Shown: positions 12,992 through 23,488, counted from the first letter of the stretch. The stretch is 31,097 nt of DNA from Candidatus Krumholzibacteriia bacterium (GCA_027056825.1 JALUJS010000173.1:2743-33839); one strand, 5' to 3'. Notes: generated by a model not told the origin, from the letters alone. Program-made: numbers and translations.

Positions 12992-14586
12992 GAGCTTTCC
13001 CTTTCGCTTGCGGCGCCCGCGTCCTCGGGCAGGAAGATGGTGAAGCGGCAGCCCTCGCCCGGCGCGGTGTCCAGGTCGATGCGCCCGCCATGCCGCTTGA
13101 CGATGCCGTAGACCACCGACAGCCCCAGGCCCACTCCGGAGCCTTCGCTCTTGGTGGTATAGAAGGGTTCGAAGGCGTGACGGGCAACCTCGGGCTCCAT
13201 GCCTGGTCCGTTGTCGGCGACCTCGATGGTGACCCCGCCGGGGGCCCGTGCGGTGGCCAGGGTGATCTTGCCTCCCTCGGGCATGGCCTGGGCCGCGTTG
13301 ATGATCAGGGCCATGAGGAACTGCTGCACCTGGTTCTGGTCCGCGATGATCTCGGGCAGGTCCGGGGCGAAGCGGCGCTCCGCTTCCACGGAGTTGAGTT
13401 CGAGCTGGTGGTTCACCAGGAACAGGGCGTTCTCGATGGTGGCGTTGACGTCCATGGGCGCCAGCTCCTCGTTGCCGCGCCGGGCGAAGGCCAGCAGCTG
13501 GGAGACGATCTTGCCGCACCGGGCCGCCTCGTCCGAAATGGCCTCCAGGTAGGTCAGGTTCTCCTTGCACTCGTCGGTGAGCTCGTCCTGCTTCTTCAGC
13601 CTCCGGACCACCGTCTTGGCGTAGGTCACCACGCTGGCCAGGGGGTTGTTGATCTCGTGGGCCACCACCGCGGCCAGCTTACCCAGCGAGGCCATCTTCT
13701 CCACCTGCAGCATCTGGTCCTGGGCGCGGACGAGCTCGTCGGCCTTGGCCTGGACGCGCTGCTCCAGGGTCCGGCCCCACTCCAGCAGCTCGTTGCGGGC
13801 GTTCTGCAGGTCCAGGGCGAGCTGGTTGAAGGTGCGGTCCAGGGTGCCGATCTCGTCCTGGGAACCCTCGGCCACGCGCACGGTCAGGTCGCCGGCGGCC
13901 AGGCGCCGCGTCTGGTCGATGAGGGTGCGCACACGGCGGAAGACGATCTGTCGCCCCGCCAGGTACACCACGATCACCGCCAGCAGGATGCTGACCAACC
14001 CCACCAGGCCCGTGCCCCGCGCGACGGCGCGCCGGGCGGCCTCGAAGGGCTCGAGGTTCAAATCCACGTCCATGACCCCCAGCAGGGGGCCGTCCTGCTC
14101 GTGGTAGTGGCAGGCCGCGGTGGCACACGAGGGTTCGTTGAGCAGGGCGTGGGTGACCGCGAGCATGCGGCGGCCATCCTGGACCACGGTCTGCGCCCTC
14201 TCGTCCGGCGGCAGGGAGTTGGGGAGCACGACCCGGCCGTGGCAGACCAGGCACTGGGCCTGGGTGGTGTCCAGGATGGCGCCGATCTCCGCGTGGCGCG
14301 TGGAGTAGGCGATCAGGCCCTGCTTGTTGTAGATGCGGATGCGTTCGATATCACGCTGCGCCCCGAAATTGTCCAGCGTCTCCTGGATCTTCTCCCGGTC
14401 GTTCTGCAGCATGGCGGTGCGCAGCACGGCCGCGGCGGTCTCGGCCAGCTGCACGCCGTTCTTCTGGACGATGGCGGTGGAGGCCCGCTCCTGGAGAGCC
14501 AGGTTGACCATGGTCATGGCCGCGAAGATCACCGCCAGCAGACCGGTCGTGATCAGCGTCATCTTGGCCGCGACGGTGAGCTTCAT
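12988..14586 (-). CDS. Membrane sensor histidine kinase (HAMP-HisKA-HATPase) with c-type heme motifs in the periplasmic domain
   Basis: Two TM segments. CLVCH and CATAACH lie between them. H-box AHEINNPL, then DNGPG, FYTTK and GLGL boxes. Confidence 0.93.
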
Positions 14587-14616
14587 GGCGGGCCTCCTCT
14601 CACGGGTCCGGACCGG

Positions 14617-15792
14617 TCACCCGGAGTGCCGGTTCAGTTCGACGAACGGGTCCACGGGCCGGGCGTTGGTCAGCGGGCCTTCCTCGAACACCGGCAGGTA
14701 CCGCGCCGCCAGGCTGAACAGGAACACGCCGATGGCGATCATGCCCATGGAGACCACGAACTCCATCCAGTGCGGCCGGTATCCCGCGCCCGTGCCGAGC
14801 TGGAACGCGGTCACCGCCACGTTCATGCGGTTGAACATGATTCCCAGCACGACCAGGAACTGGGTCCCGGTCAATGCCAGCGGATTCCGCCGCACCCGCT
14901 TCTGGAACAGCAGGAGCATGGGTACGACGCCGCCGATGATGATCTCGGCCAGGAAGAACCACGAAGCCTGGTCGAAGCGGAAGGCCAGCGGCAAGGTGCC
15001 GTGCACGAGGAGATCCTCGATGCGGATCACAAGGTAGAGCAGGAGCATGACCGCCGTGGCGCGCCCGATGCCGCGCAGCAGGGGCGCCTCCAGGCGTTTG
15101 CCGAAGGCGCGGAAGCTGAGGAAGGACTCCACGTTGGTCATGGCCAGGCCCAGGGTGATGGCCGAGACGAAGAACAGGATGGGCAGGATCGGCGAGTACC
15201 ACAGGGGGTGCAGCTTCTCCGGCACGATCACGTACAGGGTGCCCAGGCTGCTCTGGTGCATGGTCGACAGCAGGACGCCGGCGATGACCAGGCCCGGCGT
15301 CAGGTACTTGTGCATGAAGTGCACCTGCCGGTTGTAGCCCAGCCGCTCGAAGACCAGCGGCAGGAATTCCAGGAACAGCACCGTGGTGTAGAGCATCACG
15401 CACCAGCCCACCTCGAACATCACCGAGTGGGGGTTCCAGAAGATCAGCGGATGCCAGATGTTCCAGGGACGCCCGAGGTCCACCAGCAGCGCCGCGATGA
15501 CCATCAGGTAGCCCAGGAAGGCGGTCAGCACCGCGGGGCGGGCCATGGGCTTGTAGTCCTCCAGGTGGAAGATGTAGACCACGGCCGTCACGGTGAAGCC
15601 GCCGGCGCCCAGGGCCACGCCGCACAGCAGGTCGAAGCCGATCCACAGGCCCCAGGGCATCGAATCGTTGAGATTGCTGATGGCGCCGATGCCGCCGGTG
15701 TACCTACGGAAAAGAACGACCGCCAGCAGGATCATGAGCAGGGTGAAGACGGTGGCCCAGAAATGGGGCCGGGGCAGCTTGCGCTCAGTCAT
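14617..15792 (-). CDS. NrfD-family integral membrane subunit (HybB/HmcC-like)
   Basis: PWGLWIGFD...GVALGAGG, DLGRPW, SVMFEVGWC, HQSSLG; about 10 TM helices. Confidence 0.9.
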   Translation of the reverse strand: MTERKLPRPHFWATVFTLLMILLAVVLFRRYTGGIGAISNLNDSMPWGLWIGFDLLCGVALGAGGFTVTAVVYIFHLEDYKPMARPAVLTAFLGYLMVIAALLVDLGRPWNIWHPLIFWNPHSVMFEVGWCVMLYTTVLFLEFLPLVFERLGYNRQVHFMHKYLTPGLVIAGVLLSTMHQSSLGTLYVIVPEKLHPLWYSPILPILFFVSAITLGLAMTNVESFLSFRAFGKRLEAPLLRGIGRATAVMLLLYLVIRIEDLLVHGTLPLAFRFDQASWFFLAEIIIGGVVPMLLLFQKRVRRNPLALTGTQFLVVLGIMFNRMNVAVTAFQLGTGAGYRPHWMEFVVSMGMIAIGVFLFSLAARYLPVFEEGPLTNARPVDPFVELNRHSG

Positions 15793-16549
15793 GGTTGTCC
15801 TCCCCTTCCTGGATCTGCCGGCGCTCGTGCGCGGCGACCTCGACCTTGCGGTTGCCCAGCCAGTACATCCCGCCCAGGAAGACGCCCCACACGGGGATGA
15901 TCTGGGGCAGCTTCTCCAGGACCGTCCAGGTCAGGTGCGGCATGTCGTGTTCCGGAACGTTGTCCGGTAGGTCGGATTCGGAGGCGGGCTTGCTCAGCAG
16001 CATGAGCACGCCGGTGCCGCCGGCTTCCTTCTCACCGTATACCTCGCCAGTGTACCGCTGCGGGTCCGCCTTGAGGCGGCGGTGCGCCTCGGCCAGCATG
16101 GCCTCGCGGGTGCCGAAAGTCGTGGCGCCGGTGGGGCAGATGCTGGCGCACGCGGTGGGCAGGCCCTTGGTCACGCGGTGCACGCACATGTCGCACTTGC
16201 GCACGCGGGGGTTGGGACTGTGCCACTCGTACTTGGGGATTTCGAAGGGGCAGGCCATCATGCAGTAGCGGCAACCGATGCACTTCTTGGCGTCCCAGGT
16301 CACCGGGCCCAGGGGATTCTTCTCCAGGGCTCCCACCGGGCACACCGAGACGCAGGTGGGGTTCTCGCAGCTCATGCAGAGATGGCGGGCGTACTGGTCG
16401 TTGCCGAGGTCCTCGACCCAGGTGAACGACTCGTGGTCGAGCTTGTCCGGCTTGTGCGGACGCTGGTCGTGCTCGGACTGGCAGGCCTGTTCGCAGGCCC
16501 CGCATCCGATGCACCGACTCTGATCAAAGAGCAGGGCATAGGTGGACAT
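15785..16549 (-). CDS. 4x[4Fe-4S] electron-transfer subunit (HybA/FdnH/DmsB-like) with C-terminal TM anchor and no Tat leader
   Basis: 16 Cys in the canonical arrangement (CIGCGACEQAC, CMSCENPTCVSVCP, CIGCRYCMMACP, KCDMC...ACASICP). AAGGAG precedes ATG 16549. Confidence 0.92.
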   Translation of the reverse strand: MSTYALLFDQSRCIGCGACEQACQSEHDQRPHKPDKLDHESFTWVEDLGNDQYARHLCMSCENPTCVSVCPVGALEKNPLGPVTWDAKKCIGCRYCMMACPFEIPKYEWHSPNPRVRKCDMCVHRVTKGLPTACASICPTGATTFGTREAMLAEAHRRLKADPQRYTGEVYGEKEAGGTGVLMLLSKPASESDLPDNVPEHDMPHLTWTVLEKLPQIIPVWGVFLGGMYWLGNRKVEVAAHERRQIQEGEDNHD

Positions 16550-16855
16550 GGATGCTCCTTTGGGTGGCGGCAATGTTCGCAAACACCAGGACCGTTGAAT
16601 AATTCAATTGTACTACCTGTTGTCCATTATCAAGTTAAAAGTTTAACAAACTCCTAGAGAAGTGGTGTTAGATGATATTCAACCTCTTTTTTTACAGCGT
16701 GTTATGCGATTTCAGATGAAGGGTTTTCGTAGAAAATTTTTACACACCCCTCTTCGTGTCCTTTCCGGGAAGCCCTTGATCCTTGGGGTATGGGGGGTTA
16801 GCTTCCCTGTGTTACACCATCGCCGGGTGAGATCCCGGCTGGCCGGAGGGCGTCC

Positions 16856-17173
16856 ATGCCGGAATTCTCAAGCGGAAAGATCACCGTCGAACTTGACGAC
16901 AAGGGTTACCTGGTGGACGGGTCGGCCTGGACGCCCCAGGTCGCCGCGGCCCTGGCCGAGGCCGACGGGCTAGGTGAGTTGACGGAGGATCACTGGAAGG
17001 TCATCGATTTCCTGCGCTCCTTTCATGCCGAGCACGGGGCCGCCCCCATGATCCGGGTACTTTGTCGGGAAACCGGCCTTTCCCTGCAGCGGATCTATGA
17101 CCTGTTTCCCGCCGGGCCGGCCAAGGGAGCCTGCCGGGTGGCGGGTTTGCCGCGGCCGGATTCCTGCGTGTGA
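16856..17173 (+). CDS. DsrC/TusE-family sulfur relay protein with both C-terminal cysteines (C-X10-C)
   Basis: DDKGYL..W, HWKVI, LFPAGP, GACRVAGLPRPDSCV. GGAGG ribosome-binding site. Confidence 0.9.
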   Translation: MPEFSSGKITVELDDKGYLVDGSAWTPQVAAALAEADGLGELTEDHWKVIDFLRSFHAEHGAAPMIRVLCRETGLSLQRIYDLFPAGPAKGACRVAGLPRPDSCV

Positions 17174-17530
17174 TTGTTTTTTCCAGATTCTTTACCTGGG
17201 GTGGCGCGTTTCTGAAGTTGTTGTTATTTCGGAAGTAAAGGCCATTATACAGTATACAATCCTCTGACGCAGTTCATCTTGCGGTCACAGTCCACCTTGG
17301 CTCCGTGGTCATCCAATTGCTACTGGGTCAGGGGTAGATCCAGGTGGACTGTCATCTCCTGCCGGCTGGCCACAATTTCAAGGGCACAAGAAAAATTTCA
17401 AGAAGGTTGTTTTTTTGTTTACAACCCCCACGTCATTTGGTTTAATCGGATAAGCCTATCCTATTTATGTGAAAAATCCGGGGTTTGCTTCATTGCTGCG
17501 GGCCGTTCGGCCGGAACCAAGGGGTGTGAG

Positions 17531-20302
17531 ATGACTCTGACTCGTCGGGACTTCATCAAGCGGGCCGCGGCCGTCAGCGCGGCCGGCGCCATCGGGATGA
17601 ACCTGTCGCCCGCGGACCTGGCCCAGGCCTCGGAAGCGGAAAAGGGCTGGAAGTGGGACAAGTCGGTGTGCCGGTTCTGCGGCACCGGCTGCGGCCTGAT
17701 GATCGCCACGAAGAACGACCGCATCGTGGCGGTCAAGGGGGACCCGGCGGCTCCGGTGAACAGGGGTTTGAACTGCATCAAGGGCTACTTCAACGCCAAG
17801 ATCATGTACGGGCGGGACCGCCTGACCAAACCCCTGCTGAGGGTCAATTCCCGGGGCGAGTTCGACAAGAAGGGCAAGTTCCAGGAGGTGTCCTGGGACA
17901 AGGCCTTCGATGTCATGGCCGCGCAGTTCAAGAAGCATTACCAGGCCTTGGGCCCTGCGGGGATCGGGGTGTTCGGGTCGGGGCAATACACGGTCCAGGA
18001 AGGCTACGCCATGGTCAAATTGGTCAAGGCGGGCCTGCGCAGCAACAACATCGACCCCAACGCCAGGCACTGCATGGCCAGCGCCGTGGTGGGTTTCATC
18101 CAGGCCTTCGGCATCGACGAACCCGCCGGCAACTATGACGACATCGAGTATACCGACAGCGCCGTGCTCTGGGGCGCGAACATGGCCGAAATGCATCCCA
18201 TCCTCTGGTCTCGCATCACCGACCGCAAACTGTCCAACCCCGACCGGGTCAAGATCGTCAACCTCACCACCTACCGGAACCGCTGCTCCAACCTGGCCGA
18301 CCTGGAGATCATCTTCAAACCCCAGACCGACCTGGCCATCTGGAACTACATTGCGCGGGAAATCGTCTTCAACCACCCCGAGGCCATCGACCGCGAGTTC
18401 GTGGACAAGTACACGGTGTTCGCCACCGGGCACGTGGACGTGGGCTACGGCATGCGCGACAACCCGGAGCACCCCGCATACAGCGAGGCCGAGCGCGAAA
18501 CCATGCGCAAGCAGAAGACCAAGACCGTCAGCAGGGCCGAGGGCGTGACCCTGGCCCACCTTGGCTACAAGGAGGGCGACGAGCTGCAGATGAAGCACGC
18601 CGCCGCCGCCGGCAAGCATTGGCTCATCTCGTTCGAGGAATTCAAACGGGGGCTGGAACCCTACACCTTGGACTTCGTGGCCGAACTGTCGCGGGGAGAC
18701 GCCGACGAACCCCTGGAGCAACACAAGGCCAAGCTGAAGCAGCTCGCGGAGATCTACATCGAGAAGGGCCGCAAGGTCGTCAGCTACTGGACCATGGGCA
18801 TGAACCAGCATACCCGCGGCAGTTGGGTGAACGAGCAGGCATACATGGTGCACCTGCTGCTGGGCAAGCAGGCCCAGCCCGGCAACGGCGCCTTCAGCCT
18901 CACCGGCCAGCCCAGCGCCTGCGGGACGGCCCGCGAGGTGGGCACCTTCGCCCACCGCCTGCCCGCCGACATGGTCGTGGCCAACCCCAAGCACCGCGAG
19001 CGGGCCGAGAAGTTGTGGAAACTGCCTGCCGGCACCCTCAACGGCAAACCCGGCAGCCACTACACCAAGCTCATGCGCGACATCGAGGACGGAAAGATCA
19101 AGTGGGCCTGGGTGCAGGTCTGCAATCCCTGGCAGAACACGGCTAACGCCAATCACTGGATCAGGGCCGCCCGTGAAATGGACAACTTCATCGTCTGCTC
19201 CGACGTGTACCCGACGGTCTCGGCCAAGGTGGCGGACCTGATCCTGCCCAGCGCCATGATCTTCGAGAAGTGGGGGGCGTACGGTAACGCCGAGCGGCGC
19301 ACCCAGCACTGGAAACAGCAGGTCACCCCCGTGGGCGAGGCCATGCCCGACATCTGGCAGGCCATGGAGTTCGCCAAGCGCCTCACCCTGGGCGAGGTGT
19401 GGAAGGAGTGGAAGATCAGCGACTCGTTGACCCTGCCCGACGTCCGGGCCGAGGCGCGGAGCATGGGCTACAAGGACGACGACACCCTCTTCGACGTGCT
19501 GTTCGCCAACGAGGAGGCGCGAGGCTATTCCTGGCCCGACCCGGTGGGCGCGGGTTCCCTCAACACGCTGGCCGAGGGCGACAAGCGCAAGGTCGCCGGG
19601 TTCGAGGGCTACGGCTTCTTCGTGCAAAAATACCTGTGGGAGGAATACCGGAAGTTCGGCGTCGGGCACATGCACGACCTGGCTTCATTCGACGCCTACC
19701 ATGAGGCGCGCGGCCTGAAGTGGCCGGTAATCGACGGCAAGGAGACGGCCTGGCGTTTCAACGCCGAGTACGATCCCTACGCCGCCAAGGCGGGGACGGG
19801 AAAGTTCGCGTTCTACGGACCTGCCCTCAAGGCCCTGCCGTCCGGCGATCTGGCCGGCCCCCGCAAGGGCGACAAGACGCCGCTGCCGAACAAGGCCAAG
19901 ATTTTCTTCCGACCCTACATGGATCCTCCGGAGACGCCCGGGGGCGACTATCCCTTCTGGCTGGTGACCGGCCGCGTGCTGGAGCACTGGCACACCGGTA
20001 CCATGACCATGAGGGTGCCCGAGCTGCACCGGGCGGTGCCCGAGGCCCGCTGCTTCATGAACGGCGCGGACGCGCGCGGCATGGGCCTGAACGACGGGGA
20101 CCCGGTGTGGGTGGAGAGCCGCCGCGGCAGGATCAAGGCCCGGGTCCAGATCCGGGGCCGCAACGTCATGCCCAAGGGGATGGTGTTCGTGCCGTTCTTC
20201 GACGAGCGCGTGCTGATCAACAAGGTCTGCCTGGACGCCACCTGTCCCATCTCCAAGGAGACGGACTTCAAGAAGTGCGCCGTCAAGGTCACCCGGGCCT
20301 AG
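17531..20302 (+). CDS. napA: Periplasmic nitrate reductase catalytic subunit
   Basis: Tat signal [15 protein letters not shown] FeS motif, ARHCMASAV Mo ligand, [24 protein letters not shown]-terminus; 923 aa. Confidence 0.97.
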   Translation: MTLTRRDFIKRAAAVSAAGAIGMNLSPADLAQASEAEKGWKWDKSVCRFCGTGCGLMIATKNDRIVAVKGDPAAPVNRGLNCIKGYFNAKIMYGRDRLTKPLLRVNSRGEFDKKGKFQEVSWDKAFDVMAAQFKKHYQALGPAGIGVFGSGQYTVQEGYAMVKLVKAGLRSNNIDPNARHCMASAVVGFIQAFGIDEPAGNYDDIEYTDSAVLWGANMAEMHPILWSRITDRKLSNPDRVKIVNLTTYRNRCSNLADLEIIFKPQTDLAIWNYIAREIVFNHPEAIDREFVDKYTVFATGHVDVGYGMRDNPEHPAYSEAERETMRKQKTKTVSRAEGVTLAHLGYKEGDELQMKHAAAAGKHWLISFEEFKRGLEPYTLDFVAELSRGDADEPLEQHKAKLKQLAEIYIEKGRKVVSYWTMGMNQHTRGSWVNEQAYMVHLLLGKQAQPGNGAFSLTGQPSACGTAREVGTFAHRLPADMVVANPKHRERAEKLWKLPAGTLNGKPGSHYTKLMRDIEDGKIKWAWVQVCNPWQNTANANHWIRAAREMDNFIVCSDVYPTVSAKVADLILPSAMIFEKWGAYGNAERRTQHWKQQVTPVGEAMPDIWQAMEFAKRLTLGEVWKEWKISDSLTLPDVRAEARSMGYKDDDTLFDVLFANEEARGYSWPDPVGAGSLNTLAEGDKRKVAGFEGYGFFVQKYLWEEYRKFGVGHMHDLASFDAYHEARGLKWPVIDGKETAWRFNAEYDPYAAKAGTGKFAFYGPALKALPSGDLAGPRKGDKTPLPNKAKIFFRPYMDPPETPGGDYPFWLVTGRVLEHWHTGTMTMRVPELHRAVPEARCFMNGADARGMGLNDGDPVWVESRRGRIKARVQIRGRNVMPKGMVFVPFFDERVLINKVCLDATCPISKETDFKKCAVKVTRA

Positions 20303-20306
20303 GCGC

Positions 20307-21086
20307 ATGACCGGGCGCGAAGGCATGGACCGGCGGAGCTTCCTGGCCGGGATGTTGAAGGGCGCGGCCGCCTCCGCGGTCGGGGGCGTGGTCTGGGGCG
20401 GTCTGGTCGCGGGGATGGACCGCGCTCCACTGGTTCTGCGTCCTCCCGGCGCCCTGGCCGCGGACAATTTTCCGGCCACCTGCATCCGGTGCGGCCGCTG
20501 CGTGGCGGCCTGCCCCTACGATACGCTGGAACTGGCCACGCCGGGCCGGCCCGGCCCGGTGGGCATGCCGGCCTTCACTCCACGCAAGACGCCCTGCTAT
20601 CTCTGCCAGGATATTCCCTGCACGGCGGCATGCCCCAGCGGAGCCCTGGACCCGTCGTCGGTGTGCGACGAGACCGGCGCGCCGGATATCACGCGGGCGC
20701 GCATGGGCGTGGCGGTCATCGACTACACGAACTGCATCGCGGCCTGGGGGCTGCGGTGCGACGTGTGTTATCGCGTGTGCCCCCTGGTGGACAAGGCCAT
20801 CCTGCTGGAGATGACCCGCAACGAACGCACCGGCCGGCACGCCCGTCTTGTGCCGAGGATCGACCCGGAGCATTGCACCGGATGCGGCCTGTGCGAGCAC
20901 GCCTGCGTGGTGGAGAAGGCCGCCGTCTTCGTCCAGCCCCGCGAAGTCGCCCTGGGCAGGGTGGGCGACCAGTATATCCGCGGTTGGGACCGGGCCGACG
21001 AGCGGCGTCTGCGCCAGGATGCCGTCCAGCCTCCGGAGGGCGACCCCCTCGACTATCTCAACGGGGGTGGACTGGATGATGAGTAG
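20307..21086 (+). CDS. napG: Ferredoxin-type quinol dehydrogenase subunit NapG
   Basis: RRSFL leader, LRPPGA and four Cys cluster motifs. Alternative start at 20325. Confidence 0.93.
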   Translation: MTGREGMDRRSFLAGMLKGAAASAVGGVVWGGLVAGMDRAPLVLRPPGALAADNFPATCIRCGRCVAACPYDTLELATPGRPGPVGMPAFTPRKTPCYLCQDIPCTAACPSGALDPSSVCDETGAPDITRARMGVAVIDYTNCIAAWGLRCDVCYRVCPLVDKAILLEMTRNERTGRHARLVPRIDPEHCTGCGLCEHACVVEKAAVFVQPREVALGRVGDQYIRGWDRADERRLRQDAVQPPEGDPLDYLNGGGLDDE

Positions 21087-21891
21087 GCTGCTTCGGCATC
21101 GTTACCTGATCGCCCGGCGGATCCTTCAGGCCGGGATCCTCGTGTTGCTGGCAGGCGGCAACCTCTACGGCTGGCCGGTGCTGGTGGGCGATCTGAGCCA
21201 TTCGCGGTTGCTGGGGACGGTGCCGTTCTCCGATCCGTTCGCCGTGGCGCAGCTTCTTGTCGCCGGCGGGGTTCTGGCCGGCGATGTCCTGCTGGGGGCG
21301 GTCCTGGTGCTGGCCTTCTACGCCCTGGTGGGCGGTCGCACATTCTGCGCCTGGGTCTGTCCGCTGAACGCGGTCACGGACCTTGCCAACCGGCTGGGAA
21401 CCGGTCGGCGCGGCACGCATCCACGGACGGGACGCGCCGTTCGCTATTGGGTGCTGGGGTTGGCGCTGGTTGTCTCGGCGGTGGCGGGAACGGCGGCCTT
21501 CGAGGCCGTCAGTCCCATCGGCATGCTGCACCGGGGGGTGATTTTCGGCATGGGTGCGGGCTGGGCTGCGGTTGCCGCGGTGTTCCTGTTCGACCTGGCC
21601 GTGATGCACAACGGATTCTGCGGGCGGCTCTGTCCCCTGGGAGCCTTTTACGCCCTGATCGGTCGTTTCGGGTTGTTGCGGGTCCGGCACGACCACACCG
21701 TCTGCACCCATTGCCTGGAATGCCTGCGGGTGTGTCCGGAGAACCAGATCCTGCAGCAGGTAGGGCGGGTCAGCGGTACCATCAACAGGGGGGTCTGCAC
21801 CAATTGCGGACGTTGCATCGAAGTGTGTGATGACGACGCGCTGGGGTTTCGCATTCGTGGCAGAGCACTTTCCGAACGAACCGGAGGTTGA
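21076..21891 (+). CDS. napH: Quinol dehydrogenase membrane subunit NapH
   Basis: TM helices, FCAWVCP and FCGRLCP motifs, two C-terminal ferredoxin motifs. Start moved to 21076 (21079 is an alternative). Confidence 0.93.
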   Translation: MMSRLLRHRYLIARRILQAGILVLLAGGNLYGWPVLVGDLSHSRLLGTVPFSDPFAVAQLLVAGGVLAGDVLLGAVLVLAFYALVGGRTFCAWVCPLNAVTDLANRLGTGRRGTHPRTGRAVRYWVLGLALVVSAVAGTAAFEAVSPIGMLHRGVIFGMGAGWAAVAAVFLFDLAVMHNGFCGRLCPLGAFYALIGRFGLLRVRHDHTVCTHCLECLRVCPENQILQQVGRVSGTINRGVCTNCGRCIEVCDDDALGFRIRGRALSERTGG

Positions 21892-21893
21892 CA

Positions 21894-22466
21894 ATGATGA
21901 GGAAGAAGCACTTCTGGCTGTCGGCGGCCGCCTGGGTCTCCCTGCTGCTCCTGGTCGCGGGCTGCGGGGGAACCGGCGCCGGAAATATTCCCGCACGGGA
22001 TGCCGCGCAGGATTCGCCGGCGGTGGTCGGGGACGAGGATCTCAGCTACCGCAACACTCCCCTGGAGTCGGCGGCGGTCACCCCTGCTGTCCAGCCTGTG
22101 GCGACCGAGCCCGGCGACTCCCGGACCGTGCCGCGTTCCTTCGAGAACGCGCCGCCGGTGATTCCCCACACGGTGGAGGGGCTGCTGCCCATCACCGCGG
22201 CGGACAACCAGTGCACCGAGTGCCATCTGCCGGACATGGCGGAAGACGCGGGGGCTCCGTCCATCCCGGCCAGCCACATGTATGACATACGCCGCGACCG
22301 CAAGTTGACCAGCCTGAACCCGGCCAACTACAACTGCACCCAGTGTCACGCCATGCAGACCGACGCGGGAGAACTTGTCGCCAATTCCTTCACTCCGGAT
22401 TTCCGTTCCGATAAGGGGATGAAGGAGTCGGATCTGCTGGAGAGGCTCAACGAAGGTGTCCGGTGA
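21894..22466 (+). CDS. napB: Diheme cytochrome c NapB, probably a lipoprotein
   Basis: FENAPPVIPH, CTECH, YNCTQCH. Lipobox-like LVAGC; GGAGG before ATG 21894. Confidence 0.93.
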   Translation: MMRKKHFWLSAAAWVSLLLLVAGCGGTGAGNIPARDAAQDSPAVVGDEDLSYRNTPLESAAVTPAVQPVATEPGDSRTVPRSFENAPPVIPHTVEGLLPITAADNQCTECHLPDMAEDAGAPSIPASHMYDIRRDRKLTSLNPANYNCTQCHAMQTDAGELVANSFTPDFRSDKGMKESDLLERLNEGVR

Positions 22467-22473
22467 CCGGGTC

Positions 22474-22980
22474 ATGAATCCGTCCCGGCGGCGCTGGTTG
22501 CGCGGGCTGATGAATCCGGCCGCCTGGTGGCGCGGGGGAGGGAGCGTGCCCCTGCCTGGCATGGCTGATCCGCCGGCCGCACGCCCGGTCTGCAAGGCTT
22601 GCAGCGCGTCCGCTCCCGGCGCGGGCCCGCCTTGCGCGGCGGTGTGCCCCGAGGATATCGTGCGGGTCGGCGACGACGGATTGCCGGGCCTGGATTTTGC
22701 CCGTTCCGGCTGCACCTTTTGCGGGGACTGCGCCGCAGCTTGCCCGCACGCCGTCCTGGAATCCGGGCCGCAGGCGCTGATTCGGGCCTCCATTACCCTG
22801 GACCGCGGCAGTTGCCTGGCCTGGTCCTCCACCATGTGCCGGGCCTGCCTGGATTCATGCCCGGAGGACGCCGTCCGCTTCAAGGGCCTGCTGAAGCCGG
22901 CCATCGATGGCAAGAGCTGCACCCGCTGCGGATTCTGCGTGGGCGCCTGCCCGGTGGACGCCATCGGGATCGGGGTGTGA
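22474..22980 (+). CDS. napF: Ferredoxin-type protein NapF
   Basis: SRRRWL N-terminus; CTFCGDCAAACP, CLAWSSTMCRACLDSCP and CTRCGFCVGACP motifs. Confidence 0.85.
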   Translation: MNPSRRRWLRGLMNPAAWWRGGGSVPLPGMADPPAARPVCKACSASAPGAGPPCAAVCPEDIVRVGDDGLPGLDFARSGCTFCGDCAAACPHAVLESGPQALIRASITLDRGSCLAWSSTMCRACLDSCPEDAVRFKGLLKPAIDGKSCTRCGFCVGACPVDAIGIGV

Positions 22981-23008
22981 TGCGAATACGACGCGGAGGA
23001 GAGGAATC

Positions 23009-23260
23009 GTGAACATCTCCAGCATCATTGTCACCTGCCGGCCGGAGCACATGGCCGAGGTCGAGGCCTCCCTCCGGGAGAGCGGACTGTGCGATGTCCA
23101 CTTCCGGGATGAAAAAGGGCACATCATCGTGACCGTGGAGGAAGATGCCGCCGGCGACGAGACCGGAAAGCTCAAAGCCATCGCCGACCTTCCCCACGTG
23201 GCCGACGCGGTCTTCTCCTACACTTGCTGCGAGGAGGGACCGGAAGACGGCACGACATGA
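23009..23260 (+). CDS. napD: NapA chaperone NapD
   Basis: MNISSIIV...EKGHIIVTVE pattern; GTG start after GAGGA; last gene of the nap operon. Confidence 0.88.
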   Translation: MNISSIIVTCRPEHMAEVEASLRESGLCDVHFRDEKGHIIVTVEEDAAGDETGKLKAIADLPHVADAVFSYTCCEEGPEDGTT

Positions 23261-23488
23261 TAAATCCTCAATCCGTATAAGGACCACCCATATATTCCAC
23301 GGTTTTCGTGGGAGATAAGAAACGAAACGGATTCTCATAACCACCTTTAAAACTGTCAGTTAAGACCCCATTTTTGTTTTGGATTAACCCCCTTCAATGA
23401 CTACCTTTCGACAGTCAATTAACATCGAAACTTAAAAATTCTTCCACAGGCCGGGACCGCCGGACCTGCCCAACTGGAAGGAACGCTG

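Noticed and set aside
14617-16549. Calling these hybAB (hydrogenase-2) or dsrOP
   Set aside because: No hydrogenase subunits, maturation genes or dsrMKJ are present. Only the family-level assignment is supportable.
16583-16700. Sigma54 promoter or FNR box upstream of the FeS gene
   Set aside because: The best minus-strand candidate is GG-N11-GC (wrong spacing). TTGAA-TAA-TTCAA is 13 bp and does not match TTGAT-N4-ATCAA.
17321-17336. NarL/NarP 7-2-7 site upstream of nap (TACTGGG-TC-AGGGGTA)
   Set aside because: Only the right arm fits the consensus, and no narXL/QP genes are in view.
17279-17530. 84-codon upstream extension of napA
   Set aside because: The Tat signal must be N-terminal. ATG 17531 directly precedes RRDFIK, and the extension is AT-rich promoter DNA.
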